From positions 21,213,838 to 21,277,837 of the forward strand of contig NC_057749.1 in the NCBI RefSeq assembly GCF_004010195.1: a stretch of DNA of 64,000 nucleotides, read 5' to 3'. The position numbers and the translations under genes are program-made. Positions 61,683-64,000 of the stretch are shown here, piece after piece (within the stretch, counting starts at the first letter, position 1; each line of letters begins with the position of its first letter). This DNA comes from Chiloscyllium plagiosum (lineage: Eukaryota). The notes below the pieces were generated by a model. The model did not search any database. It saw only the letters and a program-made list of their open reading frames with translations, and was not told the DNA's origin.

Positions 61683-62258
61683 GTGTGTGTGCATATGTGC
61701 GTGTGAGGGTGTGTGCATGCGGATGTGTGTGTGTATGCATGCATGTGTGAGTGGGTGCATGTGCATGTGGATGTGTATGTGTGTGTGCGCGCATGCGTAT
61801 GTGTGAGAGGGTGTGTGTGATAGGTGTATGTGTGTGCGTGTATGTGTGTGTGTGTATGAGTGTATGTGCGCGTGTGTGTGCCTGTATGTGTGTATGTGAG
61901 TGTGTGTGTATGTGAGAGTGTGTGTCTGTATGTGTATATGTGAGTGTGTCTGTGCGTGTGTCTGTGTATGTGAGTGTGTGTGTGTATGTGTNNNNNNNNN
62001 NNNNNNNNNNNNNNNNNNNNNNNNNNNNNNNNNNNNNNNNNNNNNNNNNNNNNNNNNNNNNNNNNNNNNNNNNNNNNNNNNNNNNNNNNNNNNNNNNNNN
62101 NNNNNNNNNNNNNNNTGTGTGTGTGTCTGTATGTGAGTGTGCATGTGTGTGTGTGTCTGTATGTGAGTGTATGTGTCTGTATATGTGAGTGTGTCTGTGC
62201 ATGTGCGTGTGTATATGAGTGTGTGCGTGTGTGTTTATCTGTATGTGTGTGTGTGTGT
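61683..62258. repeat. Compound (GT)-rich microsatellite spanning an assembly gap
   Basis: TG/CA-rich degenerate dinucleotide array; N run at 61992-62115. Confidence 0.95.
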
Positions 62259-64000
62259 TAGCTCCTCCTGCATTTTTCCAGCACACAGTGAAGCATGGGG
62301 CCTCAATAGCAATGAGAGACAGGAGGGTTCCTTTTTAGTTAGGGACACTGTCTATGGTGCAGGGTGTGATTTATACATTTACTGAAGAGTTTTGATTCAG
62401 AGTCAGTGGGAGTCTTAGAGCTGCACTATCCAGTGCTCAAAGAGACACCAGTCTGTAGTGAGTGTAACAGGGTCAGCCAGCTGGACCTCATAGAATAGGA
62501 GCTCGCTGACTGGGTCTGCTAATCTGGCCCAATCAGGGAGTTCAGGCTGACAGAAACAGGTTCACTCTGAGAGGTGGCTCTGAGGGAGCTGGGTCAGTGT
62601 GAGGGACTCTCCACGTGTAAATACAGGGTGAGTTGGTGACGGGAAACTGTGCTCGATGGAGTTATTTCGAGCCTCCCTGAGTATTCATTGCCAATCTGCC
62701 AGCGTTGCCAGGACTGTATAAATGACGGTGAAACATCCAATTATGAGTATCTCCCACTTTTCAAATGTTCGCTTTACATCACTTTGCTTTTCCGAAAGAC
62801 CTACATTAGTACCTGTTCTCTCTAATCAAAAGAAATCCAAACAGGATTTTAACTTTTACAAAGAAAGGTGAGATTTTTCCCATTTAAATGAATGCTTCTT
62901 CACTTTACGCCATTTCGGCTTATGAAAGGTTTCGCAGGAATGCTGTACTCTCGGATAGTGGGGAAAGTCTGTATTTGACCTTCTGATCCCTCTCCCCTCT
63001 CGCTTCTGATTTATAATGAAGCTGCATAAAGTCCTCACAACAGGTAAGGAAATGATGTTTTAGTACTGTGACTCATTCCTCTTCACAGAGAGGCCATAAG
63101 GTGCCTTATGGAAGGTGCTGAATAATGGAATGATTGGTCTTGAGTTACATACACATTTTCAGCAGCTTCAAATAACTCATAAGTTGCCAAGAGAGCGTTG
63201 ACAAGAACATAGATGATGCTTCACTTCATGAGTAAGTCTACAACTGGGGGGTGGAGACTCTCAAACTGAGGGGTTTTCCCTATTTGAACCTGAGATGTGA
63301 ATGAACGTAGTTTGCCCAGAGCTTTGTCCATCGTTGGCAAGTAGTTCAGGCTGGGTCCCCGAATGTATTCAAGGCTGGGCTTTTGACGAGATGGGCTGAG
63401 GTTCAGGGAAATGGGGGTTGGGGAGCAGACAGAACAGTGTAGGTAAGGCCACAGTCAGATTAGCCATGGTCTCGCTAAATGCAGGAGCAGGCTCAAGGGG
63501 CTGAATGGCCTGAACCTTCTACCTTTTCTTCCCTTCTTATGACAAGGGGAACCCTAGTCATGGTTACAAGAAGAAGGAATACGATTGAAGCGATTCAAGA
63601 AGGCAGCTAGATCTCTGAAGGCAAAATTTGTGGAGCACTGGAGGAATGGGGTTCATCCTGAATCAGGCAAATAAGATGGGTAGAAACGTAGGGACCAGGA
63701 TTGGAGAAGGGGAAGGGCATAATGAGAACATAAATTCTGACATTGTGGAGTCCCAGATATGATCAGACCTGGAGTGGGGTGGGTCCTTCATTCCATCATC
63801 CATCCCTACTTGCTCACCAATGGACATAGTGAATGTCATTGGCGATTGGTAATCTCACTGGACTAGTAACCAGTTAATGCGCTGGAGATGTCGGTTTGAA
63901 TCCCACCACAGCAAATGGTGGAACTTGAGTTCAATAAAATTTGGAATGAAAAGCTAGTCTAATGGTAACCATTGTCAATTATAGAGTCATACAGCACGGA

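Noticed and set aside
61620..62286. His/Thr- and Cys/Val-rich ORFs
   Set aside because: Artefacts of the (GT)n microsatellite and the N gap.
62830..63240. Splice-like signals (CAG|GTAAGG at ~63043, pyrimidine-rich CAG at ~63088, GA|GTAAGT at ~63231), possibly first exons of a downstream gene
   Set aside because: No recognisable coding frame, and the implied intron is too short; cannot be supported without RNA data.

Overview
Vertebrate genomic DNA, very probably from a cartilaginous fish (shark). This is inferred from abundant HE1-type tRNA/V-SINEs and CR1-clade LINEs. One protein-coding gene can be supported: the 3' part of ALPK3 (alpha-protein kinase 3) on the + strand. Nine coding exons lie in the window: 12913-15013, 19190-19337, 20862-20989, 21961-21996, 22091-22365, 24081-24169, 24271-24479, 34436-34484 and 37470-37872. 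They splice in phase through GT-AG sites into 3438 nt (1145 aa + stop): an acidic/Pro-rich disordered region, an Ig-like domain, the alpha-kinase domain and a basic SP-repeat tail. The 5' exons lie upstream of the window. The rest is introns and 3'/intergenic DNA filled with decayed transposons: CR1 LINEs, SINEs, Penelope-like element (PLE) ends, a Copia remnant, solo LTRs, a Rex-Babar fragment, Tigger-like MITEs and mini/microsatellites. The most notable observations are: (1) more than ten minimal hammerhead-ribozyme cores from at least four PLE-derived families, several in short fold-back insertions with target-site duplications (TSDs); (2) a putative pseudoknotted hammerhead variant; (3) a ~220-bp inverted repeat downstream of the ALPK3 stop; (4) a kinase domain that keeps the DLQG catalytic-loop motif; (5) a templated local duplication and a SINE A-box tandem array. 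Repeat boundaries are approximate and were read by eye.
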